From: Zootoca vivipara
Taxonomy: Eukaryota
NCBI RefSeq assembly: GCF_963506605.1
Contig: NC_083292.1
Span: 27,652,001 to 27,716,000 of the forward strand
DNA length: 64,000 nucleotides
Reading direction: 5' to 3'
Both the position numbers and the translations under genes were made by a program. The notes below the pieces were generated by a model. That model was given only the letters and a program-made list of their open reading frames with translations, did no database searches and was not told the origin of the DNA. Below are positions 48,794-62,273 of this stretch, one piece after another. Position 1 is the stretch's first letter. Every line of letters starts with the position of its first letter.

Positions 48794-51288
48794 CTGGAGA
48801 AGCAGAACCACAGCATTAGGGAAGAAAGGCCAGAAGCCCCCGACCCACCCCAGGCACAGCGCATCAGCCCCACATGTGCCTGGACACCAGGGACTGGCTG
48901 AACCTCCCAGAGTGCAACAGAAGAACGATCAGTTCCAAAATTAGACTTCTGGGATAAGATGGTTGCAGGTAAACACACACTCCCTCCCTCCCCCCCCCCA
49001 AATGTTTCAAATGGTTTAGTAGTAGGAGCAGGAACAGCATTTAAGAAGAGGCAGCCACCTGTCAGGGATGCTGCAGTGGCATCCTGCACAGTAGACCCTA
49101 CATCGACCAAGCAGCTGAACCAAATGATCTCCAAGGTCACACCCAACTCTTTATTCTATTATTTCGGCAGTACTGTAGTTAAGAACCTCCTGGTGGTAAG
49201 AGCCGCTCAGTGGTGGAATGGGCTACCTTAGGAGGTAGTGGAGGCTTTTCAACGGAGGTTGTCAGGGATTATTTTGCTGTGATTCTTGTATTGCAGGGGG
49301 CTGGGCTAGATGATCCTTGAGGGTCCCTTCCAACTCTACAGTTCTGTGATTCTGTGACTTCTCCCCACCACCACCACCACCCACCCACCCACTTTGTATT
49401 TTGATAATATGAATGCTTGCTGCAAGTCGCTTTGGACGCAGCACACTCACCCTGGAAAGGGGCCATACAAATAAACACAATCAATATGCTTATATTCGTC
49501 CAGAGGTCAATTTGGCTCTACTGGGGGAGCCATCTGAGACCTTGCTTCCCCGCCCTGCCCTCCATTTCAGAGCTAATTCTGGTTACTGTTAAGTCTACAG
49601 TTTGCCCAACTCGCCCTTTGCAAACCCATTTAGGACAGGGGTTGCAAACCAGTTTGTGCTAACTGTGGCTATAGAAAATGCTGGCTCAAATGGAATGCCA
49701 GCTATAAATAGTATTAGAAGCTGGGGTACGTGCAGGCATCCCTCAAAGTACTGGGTACCAGATTCCTCCCCCCTCCCCACCCAATAATTTCTAGAGATAG
49801 TGAATGTAGGAAATTACTAAATGCTTGAAAATCTTCACCTGGGTGTGAGACAGCTCAGCAGTGTAAAAATGCAGGCTGAATCAGTTTCCTGGGCAGGAAT
49901 CGCCTGGGAAGAAGAACCATAATGTAGTTCAAAGGAAGGGAATGGTTGACCGACATGAGCAGTTACCCTGTGCCAGGCACCAGAGGAGTGTGAGCCCTTC
50001 CTCCCATGAGGGGATGGTGAACAGAGACAAAGACCAGGTACAGCACAGGACGGGGCTGGGCTGGGCGCTTGGTGGACATTTTCACACAAACACCCACCCA
50101 CCCACAATCTGGTGCTGAAGTGACTTCAGAGCAATCCATTACAATCTACTGCAGCCTGACAGGATGGCCCCTCTGGAATTTGTCACACATGCGTGTGCAT
50201 GTCTTGTGCATGTCTGCGCTTGGCTACCCAGAGCTTAAATACATGCCCTTTCACACACATGCATTTGGAGAGGATCCCAAACTTGGCAGAGACAGAGAAA
50301 GATCTGAAATATAGGACAAAACTGTTATCAATACAGGACGTAGAGTTTTACATTGAAATACGGGGCAATCTTGTATTATACAGGGCAGCTGGCAACCCTA
50401 AAGGAACACAAACCCCTGGAATCTTCGCTCACTGTTTGGCAGAGATTGGGGTGGCCGGTGACAATCTCTGAGCAGCCTTTGTGGCGGAGCCACAGAGCCG
50501 CCCTCTCAACACTGGCACTACCGGCTTACCTGGGTGGAGCTGAGGCAGAAGGAGGCAGTGAGGCTGGGGCACCAGATTGGCTCTGCCAGGCCCCTGACGC
50601 CACCCCAAATATGCCACTGCCCTGCCCCACTCAGGTAAGCTGCAGTAGCATCTGGTCCTGTGAGTTGGCTTCGCCCCCTCTCTACAAACAACAAGCTACA
50701 ATAGTTATTGTAATAATTTATAATATACATAATCAAAGGGATAGAGATGTAAAATCTCCCAAATGTTTGAAGCCATGAGGGGTGGGGGGTAGGGTTTCCC
50801 CACCAGGTGTTTTCGGGGGGGACTGGGATTTGGGGGATTAAATAATAATAATAATATCAGTACCATTTTCTAGCACTCTCTAAATATCAACAGTCATTTC
50901 GTTTACATAAACCGCATTGTGCATAACTTGGTTTACCACAGAAGTATCGTGTCTGGTTTATCAAAAGTACAGTTTCTTCAGACAATAATTACAAACTGAA
51001 TCTGTTTTTGTTTTTGTTGTAAATGGAGCTACAAGCTGCTGTACCGTAAAGGAACCTCTTTGGCATCTCTTTGGTTTTGCTAGTTTATGAGGAGCCAGCG
51101 AAAAACAGTAAAAGCAGAATCTGTCCACATTCTAGTAAAACAAACTATAGAATATTCTGAAAATTATTGTGTCCCCTTCAGTCCTCCACAGTGTCAAGTA
51201 GACATAAAGCACTCTCATTTTCCCACAATTTATGGTGATTTAAACTGGGGGGGGGGGTATTGTTTTTGTTTGGTACTATGATATGTAT

Positions 51289-51643
51289 GGGACGCGGGTG
51301 GTGCTGTGGATTAAACCACAGAGCCTAGGGCTTGCCGATCAGAAGGTCGGCGGTTCGAATCCCCGTGACAGGGTGAGCTCCCATTGCTCGGTCCCAGCTC
51401 CTGCCAACCTAGCGGTTCGAAAGCACGTCAAAGTGCAAGTAGATAAATAGGTACCGCTACAGCGGGAAGGTAAACAGCGTTTCCGTGCGCTGCTCTGGTT
51501 CGCCAGAAGTGGCTTTGTCATGCTGGCCACATGACCCGGAAGCTGTACGCCGGCTCCCTTGGCCAATAACGCGAGATGAGCGCTGCAACCCCAGAGTCGG
51601 TCATGACTGGACCTAATGGTCAGGGGTCCCTTTACCTTTACCT
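51289..51643 (+). mobile_element. Sauria SINE, full length with TSD
   Basis: Starts gggacgcgggtgg. 12-bp TSD tatgatatgtat at 51277-51288 and 51644-51655. Confidence 0.93.
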
Positions 51644-51869
51644 TATGATATGTATTTTTGTGTTTTTACATTGTAAACCGCCCTGTAATTCTCAGATGAA
51701 GGGCAGTATGGAAAGTTAACAAATAAGTAAGTAAGTAAATAAATAAACAGAGCTGAAAAAAAGAGAGGAGGGGGAACAAAATTCTATTAACTCTACATGC
51801 AATTTATTCAGTCTCTTTCTCTTAGTTATCACTCACTCTCTGTTTCAGTTATTTCATATTTGTCCTCAC

Positions 51870-52420
51870 ATTCTCCATGGACTTCTCAAAACTGAAGGTT
51901 TGCCCAGACTGAAACAAGCTTCTACCCTTTCGCATGCCAGCTTGTTTATTCCTGCAATTGTAAGTTGTTTTCAACTTTTTCACTGTTGTGTTTTAATAGT
52001 TGTAACCCGCTCTGGAATATTACAGTGAACGGCAAGTAAATTATATTTTACTTGATTTGTTATATTTCCAAACTTGGACCAGTTTCTTTCGCATGCCACA
52101 GAAGATGGAGGAATCTGAAGTAGGCAAGAAGCAAAAAGAGATACTGTAGAGGCTGTGTTGTTGTGGAAAGGCTTTGCCCACATGTTGCAAGAGGGTTATG
52201 TTTGGCAGATTCCCAGACTACCTTCCTCAGCCAGATACCTGAAGATGTTCTGCTCTCTGCAACACTGGAATGTACCTGGACAACACCAAGCCCTAAGTGT
52301 GCTGCTTGTTTTGTTATTCCATCAAATGCAGACACAGTGCCATCATCACGGACAATCCCTGCCTTTGAATCTTGCGTCCAACAGAATCTGCAGCAGCGTG
52401 AATTGGATGGAAACAAAATT
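51870..52420 (-). mobile_element. Fossil hAT transposase C-terminal part (dimerisation domain)
   Basis: Remnant peptides LLDARFKG, VWESAKH and LLQIPPSSVACERNWSKFGNI (52062-52120), followed after an insertion by NKLACERVE. Confidence 0.8.
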
Positions 52421-52422
52421 GT

Positions 52423-52746
52423 CAGGGCCATCTCTAGGCCCGAGCTCGGTGGCGCAGGGCACCAGGCCACCAGGGGGCGCCGCTGCGCCTGTTGAGAGGC
52501 ATGGCGGAGGCCACCCCAGGCCCGCTGGATGCCGCCCTAGGCGCGCCTCTCAGCTGTTCAGGCCGCTCTCCGGAGGCGCGCGGGCCTGGGGCCGCCTTCG
52601 CCGCGCACAGGGGCGTCTCAACAGGGGGTGGCCAGGCTGGATGGCGCAGGGTGTTGGCCCTCCAGGCGGCAGGAAACAGGGTGGGGGGGGGGGGCGCCGG
52701 AGGGATCCTTCGTGCCAGGGCGCCAGGCATGCTTAAGACGGCCCTG
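52423..52746. mobile_element. GC-rich hAT MITE inserted at the edge of the fossil transposase
   Basis: TIR cagggcc...ggccctg. 8-bp TSD aaaattgt. Confidence 0.88.
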
Positions 52747-53239
52747 AAAATTGTGTTGCTCTGTGTCTGCCACCCTCAGACATTTGAGGCCTAGTCAAGA
52801 GGGCAGAAAGAGATCCACCAACCATGTTTACAAGAGAAAGGCCAAAAGCAGAGAAGGCACTGGGTCCTTCTTCCTCCCCTTGTGATGATGGTCAAGAGGC
52901 AGAAATGCACCCCACTCTTGCATTTGGGAGCTGAATTCTCAGCTACAAGCTTGCATTCTCAGCTACAAGCTTGTAATGAGCTGATACTGTATACAGTCTT
53001 ACTTGAAAGTCTTCCCGTTAAAACAGTTTTAGAAATCATTTGGGGGGGCTAAATATATGAACACCTCATCTTAAAGATTTTGTTCATCATTTTAAAAGAA
53101 AATATTTCATCATCCATTTTTTTCTTCCTCTTCAGTTTTTCAGAAAATAGCAAACAAAATGGATAGAGAAAAACACACACACACCCAAAAAAATATTCAG
53201 GGGCTTCACATCTCTAGAAAAGGGTGGAGAATGTATGTC

Positions 53240-53830
53240 TTTTTATTTATTTATTATTTAATCACCTGCCACACATTTCTCAAAGCAATGTACAAAATAA
53301 GTTAAAAACACAGAAAATAACAGCAGGTAAACACTGCAAAGTAGAAACCCTTGGCAGAGACCCTCCCCATCCAGCTGTGAAAGCTTGTTGGAAGAAAAAC
53401 ATTTTCAATTGTTTCTGGAAAGTGCAGATCGTGGGCGCCTGCCGTATCTCAGCAGGGATTGCTCTTCCCCAAAACAGGGGCAGCCACACTAAAAGCCCTG
53501 CTCCAAGTCCCTGGGGAATGGGCTTCTGATATTCTGATAGTTCTCCAGCAGAAGGCAATGACTCACTGCGTGTATAAGGGGGAAAGGTGGTAACCTGGTC
53601 CTAAGCTGTATTGAACCTTATATGCTACTACCAACCCTGCAGAACTTGGCCCTGCAGCAGATTGGCAGCCAGTGCAAATCTCACAAGCAGGGTGTTGTAT
53701 GCAAGTGACAATTTGCCCCCCCAAATCAACCTAGCTGTCGTGTTCCACACCAGCTGCACCCTCTGGACCAACCTCAACCATAGCCCCAAATAGAGCACAC
53801 TGCAGCAATCCAACCTACATAGGTCAAGCT
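53240..53830 (-). mobile_element. Degenerate L2 LINE 3' fragment
   Basis: Remnant peptides DCC..LYLGL...QLVWNTTARL and IRQAPT...FQKQLKMFFFQQAF. Confidence 0.7.
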
Positions 53831-54498
53831 ATTGTCCAGACCCTGAGATTGATGAAAGTTTCTCCAAGAAGAAGCACTTTACTGGGGCCACAGGGAAGCA
53901 ACTACATTTGACAGGGAGTGGAAGTTAATGCCCCCTGGGAGACCATAATGCCATGGGATGTCAGTGGTTCCTCATAGGACCCCACTCATCAATGCTACAC
54001 CTCTGTCAAAGGAGCAATGGACAACACTGTGCTTCCTTGGCAGGCAGAGGCCGCCTCTCCCTAACCTGGAAAGAGGAACCAAGCACTATAACTATGACAT
54101 TCTCTGGATCCAGACCTGCTGGGCTCCAGCAAAAGGAAGGGTTGGCAGGGGCTACCATAGAAACTCTCAGTCTGTGCATCTTAATTGTTGGTGTCAGAGC
54201 TCAGAGCGGGAGGTAGGTGCCTCACCAAGCCTTACAAAGGAACATAGAAAGCCGCCTTGTGCTGAGTCAGACCATTAGGTCCCTCGAGCTCAATATCGTC
54301 TACACTGTCTGGCAGCAGCTCTCCAGCGTTTCAAGCAGGGTTGGGTCGTAGGTTTGAGCCCCATGTTGGGCAAACAAGGCCTGCATTGCAGAGGGTTGGA
54401 CTAAATGACCCTTGTGGTACCTTACAATTCTATGATTCTAGAGTGGCCTTGGATAGCTGAAACATGGCTTCAAATGCAGATCTCTTTACACCCAAGTG

Positions 54499-54636
54499 CA
54501 GGCATCCTCCAACTTGGCCCTCCAGATGTTTTGGGACTACAATTCCCATCATCCCTGAACCAGTGGGTCCTGTTAGCTAGGGATCATGGGAGTTGTAGTC
54601 CCAAAACATCTGGAGGGCCGAGTCTGCCTATGCCTG
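54499..54636. mobile_element. Palindromic hAT MITE
   Basis: Same family. 8-bp TSD cccaagtg. Confidence 0.88.
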
Positions 54637-54644
54637 CCCAAGTG

Positions 54645-54783
54645 GATAGCACAGTTGGTTAGAGCGTAGTGCTGATAATGCCAAGGTTGTAGGGTCGATC
54701 CCTGTATGGGACAGCTGCCTATTCCTGCATTGCAGAGGATTGGACTGGATGATCCTCAGGGTCCCTTCCAACTCTATGATTCT
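54645..54783 (+). mobile_element. SINE with tRNA-Ile-like head and CR1-like tail
   Basis: tagcacagttggttagagcgtagtgctgataatgccaaggttgtagggtcgatccctgtatggg followed by ggtcccttccaactctatgattct. Confidence 0.72.
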
Positions 54784-57257
54784 CTGCCAGTCCTACTTGA
54801 GAAATGCCAGCAGGGATTAAACGTGGGACCTTCCGCATGCAAAGCAGATGCTCTACCTCTGAGCTACAGCCCTTCCCCCAGTCAGGCCTCAGGGTTGCTG
54901 GAGTAGCAGAAGGGCCACTGGCCCAGTCCCTGCTCTGGGCTGGCAGGAACAGACAGCAGGGGAGGAGCATGGGATTCCTGTACTGCAGGGGGTTGGACTC
55001 GATGACTCTTTGGTCCCCCTTCCAACTCTACAATTCTATGATCAGTGGGTTGGCTTGCTAAAGCACTGATATGCTGCCTTTGGGTTTCCCCTGGTAGCTG
55101 TCAAGCTATTGCTGGACCACAAGCCCCAGCACCCCTGACCATTGGCCATGATGGCTGCCTCTGAGATTGTGGTGGCCCACCTGCACCCTGATGATATAAG
55201 CAACAACACCAATCAGAAACACAAACAATGGCAGAAATGCAACCGGTCATTCTGAAAGGCAGATTAGCCCAAAACACCCAACGTTAGACCACAACATCAA
55301 CATATCTAGGTTCTCCTGTCTGAGGCAAATCCTTAACAAAATGCCTGAAAGAGGTGCTTAAAAGATCAGTAGCACAGCTCTGTAATGAGAGGATAGTACA
55401 CTCTGGGGGCAACCGTGTTGGTGAATTTTATGTTTCACTCCATGAAGTTTTGACAGCTGAGATAGATCAGTTGGTAGAGCACAAGATTCTTAATGTCAGG
55501 GTTGTGGGTTCAAGCCCCGCGTTGGACAAAGGAGTCCCACACTGTAGGGGGTTGGACTAGATAACCCTTGTGCCCCTTCCAACTCTGTGATTCTATAAGT
55601 GTGCCCTTCTGCATACCAGGCAGGTGAGCTGCCATGGAGCTCCATCCCTCACCTGCTGGATCCAGCACCAGGGCTAGAATACTGAAGTGCTTTTCAACAG
55701 CTCCTGACACAGGTCACATTGAGCTCTTGGGGAATGGGGTAAGTAGGGCACAAATGCAGTCAAATAAATTTGGTGGGGCGCGGCTGCTACTGTTTCTTTG
55801 TGAAACCAGCAACCATCATTCCTTCCTTCACAACCTTCAAGTTAGACTGCTGCAAAACAAGCATTCACAGGGCTGCCCTTGATGGTAAAGAGCAGGGGTG
55901 GACAACTTTTTTTTCTCTTGAGGGCCACATCCCCTCCAGAACAGTCTGTTGAGGGCCTCTTGGCAGCAGTGGGAAGGGCTGAAGCCCCCCTTTTCTGCCA
56001 TCCCTCTCCCAGTTCAGCAAACTGCAGGAAGAGGAACAGATCGATCTCGCCAGATATCCGAACTCATGGCTTACAGGGGATTTTTTGAATTGGGCCCAAG
56101 GGCTGCTGCGTCATATGGCCCATCCCTAGAGTGGAAGAACATAGTGACACATGCACCCCCAGCAATCCAGGCACAGCTCACAAATTCCCTGCCCCAGGAT
56201 ATTCATTTGGCTTCCATTCTGGCAGTGTTTCAACACCAGCAAAAATAAATATAAAGTTCTGAAGGTCTGGCTAACTACCTGATCTGGTGTTTTGTTTTAT
56301 TATTATTATTATTAGTAGTAGTAGTAGTCCTGCTCTTCTTCTTTGGGACTTTTTCATCGGCTGTGTTGTTGTTTGCGTTTTTAAATACATTGTCTGTTTC
56401 TAATTATTATTATTATTATTAATAATAATACCTAATTAAACCCTAAACACCAATCATTAGTATCGATTGTGAAGAGCATCCCCGGCAAAATCAGGACCTG
56501 CTCCAGTCGGACTGTCCCTCCTTCCCCACTTTAAACGTTATTTATCGTTTGCTGTGGTAAAATTGGTTAAAACTGTAAACCATATTGGGTGGCTCTGCAG
56601 AAAGGCAGTATATAAATGCAATGGGGAGGGAAGAATGAATAATATCTTCCTGCAAAGAATCCTGGGAGTTGTCGTTTCCCAGAGTTCCCTGTGAAGAGGG
56701 ACTGACTGCTAAACCACTCTGGGAATTGTAGCCCTGTGAGGGAAATGAAGGGGGACTCCTAACAACTCTCAGCGCTCATAACAAACTACAGTTCCCATGA
56801 TTCTTTGGGGGAAGAAGCCATTACTATTTAAAGCGGTATCATAGTGTTTTAAACACCTGGTGGCGGATGTGACCCTGACACCCTGTACATGGAAGTGGCT
56901 CTTTCCCCCTCTGTAATCTCTTCATGCCAACCCTACAGCTCTGAACCTGGTTTACCGTCGCTTCCAAGTTCAAAGAGGGAAAAGTACCCCCAGCAAAAGA
57001 ATATCCAACTCCAGGGGCCTAGAATTTTGCCGATCCTTATGAGGTGGGGGAAGGACCTGCTGGATCCCCAGCCCCCTAGCAGGGCTCTCACAGGGCAGCC
57101 TCTTGCCTAGGGCCTCTCCTGCAATGCTGGTTGGACAAGTTTGGGCAGCTGCCATTTTAAATTTCCCACAATGCCCTTGAGCAACACTGGGGTATCGAGC
57201 AAAACTTAAAATGGTGGCTACTTGGCCGCCTGACGCTGCTGCCCGGAGAAGGCCCAC

Positions 57258-57306
<49 letters not shown>
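57258..57306. repeat. (ATT)n microsatellite
   Basis: Direct reading. Confidence 0.95.
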
Positions 57307-58385
57307 TTGTACCCAGCCCATCTAGCAGAGGAAGCCCCAAGCCCTCCTGCAGCTGGCGCCCCTGGAAAGGCAGGACAGTTAGAGGGGAGCCTCTGGCTTT
57401 GTTACACGACAAAAGAGGACCCCATTTATGCGCTTTCCTTCACAAGAGATATCCCAGGGCCACTGACGTATTTGGAAAACAAACAAGGAAACATTCGAAC
57501 ACAAAACTAAAGTTAATCCATCTAAAACAATGGCAACCATCTGCTAAGTCACATGTGCCAGGGTGGCAGCTCAATCCTGAGGCCCCCATCCTTCAGGATC
57601 CCACAGATATCCCTCATTTATAGCTCCCTGGCTATGCAGGCTGGGGTTGAGAGTAGCTGGAGCCAGAACAACACCTGGCCAAGTGGGTTCTCCTCCCCTG
57701 TCCTGGAGAGGCACCCAAAGCCACACCTGGTTATTATCCAGAGAAATACTATGTTTCCTCCAGTAGGGCTGACTTCCTGCATCAAGGGTGCTATCCATAA
57801 CTCGGCTCAATGTGGATGGTGAGCCCCTCGTGCCTCTTTTAATTCCCCCATGTCTGTGTGGGGTTCCCCTCCAACTGTTGCTGTCCCACACATTCTCTCC
57901 CCTAATTCTGGAGAGTCCCTGTGCCATTGTTTCCCAAACTTACAATAATCACGTACCCCTTTAGTCTTACCAACATCTCCCTTCTGGGAAAAATATATTT
58001 TGGGGGTAGTTTTAATAATCTCTTCAATTTGGATTTCCAGAGCAAAGGCAACCTCCAGCTTTAGGGAGGAACATATGTGGGGCGGCAGTAGCTGGAGAAC
58101 ACCACATGGATGAGGGGGAATTAAAGGAGGCACTAGGGGGTCACCATTCACATTAAGCCAAGATATGGATGGGCCTCAGGCATGGCACCTGGTGGTATCC
58201 TACTTGTGGAAGAGGCCTTTGACCCGGTAGCACCAAGATGACCGGTAAGGCCTAACATCCCATCCCATCTTCAGACTTAGGATTCTGCACAGAGTCTCGG
58301 CGGTATGTTTTCTGGCAGCCTCAGTGCAGCCATGTGGGTTGGTGGGTGGGTATATGTGTGTATTTGTTTATCTATCTATCTATCT

Positions 58386-58734
58386 GGGATGCGGGTGGCG
58401 CTGTGGGTTAAACCACTGAGCCTAGGGCTTGCCAATCAGAAGGTCGGCGGTTCGAATCCCTGCAACGGGGTGAGCTCCCGTTGCTTGGTCCCAGCTCCTG
58501 CCAACCTAACAGTTCAAAAGCACATCAAAGTGCAAGTAGATAAATAGGTACCGCTACAGCGGGAAGGTAAATGGCGTTTCCGTGCGCTGCTCTGGTTCAC
58601 CAGAAGTGGCTTAGTCATGCTGGTCACATGACCTGGAAGCTGTACGCCGGCTCCCTCGGCCAATAATGCGAGATGAGCGCCGCAATCCCAGAATCAGTCA
58701 TGACTGGACCTAATGGTCAGGGGTCCCTTTACCT

Positions 58735-58736
<2 letters not shown>
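58386..58736 (+). mobile_element. Sauria SINE, full length, flanked by (ATCT)n
   Basis: Head, core and tail intact. Short ATCT run before and long ATCT run after. Confidence 0.9.

Positions 58737-58800
<64 letters not shown>
58737..58800. repeat. (ATCT)n microsatellite at SINE tail
   Basis: Direct reading. Confidence 0.95.
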
Positions 58801-60925
58801 GAGGGGCACTTACCCTGAACTAGAAACTGGGCTTTTAGTGTTTCAATCGCAGCTCTCTGGAATCAATTACTAGCTGAAGTGAGGCAGGCACACAGCATGA
58901 TGAAGTTAAGGCATCTACTGAAGACATTTTTGTCCAGGAAGGCTTTTCCTGTGGTATGACCTGCTCATTTAGGGAAGATCAATTTTATATCTGATTAAAT
59001 GCTTTTGTTGTTTTAAGAGCTTGTTGAATTGATTCTATTGCTTTCAGAGCTTGTGTTTCAGTGTTTTATTCAGTTTTTACTCTGTTCATCACTGTGATGG
59101 CTTTATGCTTTGAAGCGGTCTAGAAATTTAATAAAAAACAAACAAACAAACAAAAACAACGAACTTGATACCTCCCTGCAAAATGGGTCATATCAAAGTC
59201 AATAACCGTGTTTCACACAATTCAATGAAATCAGGATTGCTAGTTTATCATGGATTATGGGGCACCTGAAGCATCATTTGGTGCAGGCACCCAACCCCTC
59301 ATTTGCTGGTGTAAGCACAAGAGCAAATTCAGGGAGCCATTGTGAAACTTGGCTTCAGACAGCATCCACCCCTGGGATCCTGGTCTGTTTCTCTCCCAAG
59401 AAGCCAGAATCTCTTGCCAGCCTGAAACATGGTTTGCTGCTGGATCCTGGCTCACTGGGAAGAAACAAGCCCTGATCCTGAATTGGGGCACCACAGGAAA
59501 CCATGCTTAACTGACCCTCCCTAGCTTATTCCTCCCTTTCAAACCCTGGGAGGGGAGGAACAGGAGAGATCCAGCCATGTGCACAGCTCGTTCCCAAGCC
59601 ATCATGAGAAGCCAGCAACTCTGGTTTATCACTATGCTGAGGTGATGGGCATTGTGGTTCAACAGGGCAGCCCAAGGGCAGCTAAAGGGTACTAGAAAGG
59701 AAACTATTTTTGGCAAGACTTTTCTGGCCCCTAAATCCCATTACATTAGGGATGTCCAGTTGATCCCTGCATCATCCAGATCCCCAAAGCGGACCAGGAC
59801 ATCACTCCTCTCAGTCGAGCGTAGTTCAAAGGAGGGCATATGTGCGCAGGGATATGGCGGCAGCTTCCAGGGTCAGCTCCTGGTCTGAAGGTGGCCTTGG
59901 CCAAAGAAACCTCTAGTCGACCCCATTCTTCATCAGTACACCCTGCCAAGAGGAGCAGTTGCACACTGGGCGCAGCCACCACCCAAGTTCTCCGCAATGC
60001 CCAAGAACAATGACAGTCACCATGGAATTTGTGAGAAATTAAAATGGTGTCCAGGCTGAGGTGCTTAGTACTGCTTGGAGCCTCAAGCCAGGGCAAGCCG
60101 CGTCAGTCGTGGGCTCTGCCTAAGGGTGCCATGTGTCTGGAAGGCCCTGAGGTTGTTGAATCGCCTTTTCTAGAGACCTGGCCCAAGCCATGGTGCTTTT
60201 CAGACTTCACTCTTGGGGCTTGGTTTCTATTTATTTTAAACATTTACCAAAAGGAAAGGGGGTATGGGCTGTCCCTCGTTCCTAGTACACCCACATTATG
60301 GTTTATTGATATTATGGTTAACGTTTCGGAATGTGAAGCTTAACAACATGGCTGGCTTTGATTCGGAGGCTCCCTGACTCCAAACCACACTGGGTCAACG
60401 TAAGAAGCAGAGCAAGAGATCAAGGGCAAAGCTGGCATCGTGCCAGATTGGGAAAGAACAGAGTCTGAAAACTGAGAGGTCATCTCACAAAAATGTGGCG
60501 CCTCCTGGATGGGCTGCAACTTGTCTCCTCATCGGTGCTACCCTCGTGTCTCTTTAAGAAGTCTAACCTCCTCGGACCGACAGGCTTCTCCACAGCCAGC
60601 AAAGAGTGCTTTAATGCGAGCACTATGGCTGGTTGACTGCTCAGTTGCCCCTCTCTGGTATTCAACCTTGGGTCCCTAGATAGTCCAAACTACATTTCCC
60701 ATTGGGCTAAGCTGGCTGTGCATGATGGGAATTGTAGTCCAACACCATCTAGAGTAGTCCAACACTGTTTTAGAGCGATAAATGTGGGTCTCCAGATGCT
60801 GCTGGGACTCCAACTCCCATCAATCCCACAAACCAGCATGGTGTCAAAGGACAGGTCAGGGGTGATGATGGGAGTTGGGCTCCAGCCACATCTGGAGGGC
60901 AACTGTGGGTTTCATCCCTTTAGGG

Positions 60926-61061
60926 CAGGCACCCCCAAACTGCAGCCCTCCAGATGTTTTGGCCTACAACTCCCATGATCCCTAGCTAGCAGGACCAGTG
61001 GTCGGGGAAGATGGGAATTGTAGTCCAAAATATCTGGAGGGCCGAAGTTTGGGGATGCCTG
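60926..61061. mobile_element. 136-bp palindromic hAT MITE (opposite orientation)
   Basis: Same family. 8-bp TSD ctttaggg. Confidence 0.9.
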
Positions 61062-62273
61062 CTTTAGGGCATGATGGTCACACAACAGCCTTGAGCTACT
61101 ATTGACCACCACTGATTAAAAAAAAAATGGGAGTGAGGATGACAACTTCTAGGCAGAGAGCTGCTTCTCCTCTAGAGCAGAAGAGGAATTGGCCTTTTTG
61201 AAACCAGCCTCCTCCATGCACCCCTTCTGCATGGGGATATGAGCGTGGCCCCTTCTTTTCTCATCAGGGAGGGGCACACAAAGAGAGAAGCCTCCTGCTC
61301 CCCACAAAAGCAGCAAATGACAAGCAAATCACTTCCTTGCTGGACTCCACCAGGCAGCCCACAAAGTTTAGGACGTGCCAAGCTCGATTGGCACCTTTCA
61401 GCTGAGCAGAAGGAAGCCTCCTCTCTTTCAAACCAGGGTGACCCAACAAGGGGCTCCTCTCAGGCTCCCCCTCCCCCAAATGCTTGTTCCGGGGAAAGCC
61501 CACCCCAGTGGCGGGGGAAGCCTCTCCAGCACCCAAGGCGTGGCGAACCCTCGGCCGCTCTACAGCTGGGGGGGGGAAGGCAGCGGGCCATCTTGTCACA
61601 CACACCCCCAGGGTGGCACCTGGGGCGGAATGCCCCCGCCCCCCCTTCGTATGCCCCTGGCCCACCCCCCTCACCAGGCGGTTTCCAATACACTTGTTCA
61701 GATAGCAGGGGAGGGCTGGGTAAGGGCTGCAGCAAATTCGTGCCGCACTTTGGCTGGCACATCCCAGACCCACTGCGCCTTGGGTGAGGGATGCCAGTTT
61801 GTGCCCCCCAGCAGATGAATCCCCAAGAAGGCATCAGAAGCAATCAATGAAGCAAGCCCCACACGGGGCTTGTAATAATCAGATCACCAGCATAAGTCAC
61901 ACAGTTCATCAAAGCTCTGTAGCAGCGAGGCAAGATTAAAGGCAGTTTCTTTGGCTTCCTCCCCGAAACATGTTTTTTTTCTTTCCTTTTCTTTTCTAAT
62001 AAACATTCATGTATAAAACACAACCAAAACATTTTTTCTTTTCTTTTCCCAGCTGCATAAGCGAGAAATCGAGGCAATGTCAGAAACCAACACGGGATGA
62101 TGAGATGGTTCAAGCAGATGATCGGAGGAGAAAAACCGGCGAGAGAGAGAGAGAGAGAGAGCGCAAAAGAGGGAGATGGAGAAAGAGATGGCAAAGGAGA
62201 GAGAGAGAGATGGAGAGAGGAAGAGGAGGAGGAAATCAAAAACTCATTTGTGGAAAGAAACTTAAGACCATAC

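Noticed and set aside
48077-48901. 274-aa plus-strand ORF
   Set aside because: No recognisable domain. It runs through MITE-like sequence and is antisense to a real NRXN2 exon.
52423-52746. CpG island/promoter (also 24354-24524)
   Set aside because: GC-rich stretch is exactly bounded by TIRs and 8-bp TSDs, so it is a transposon.
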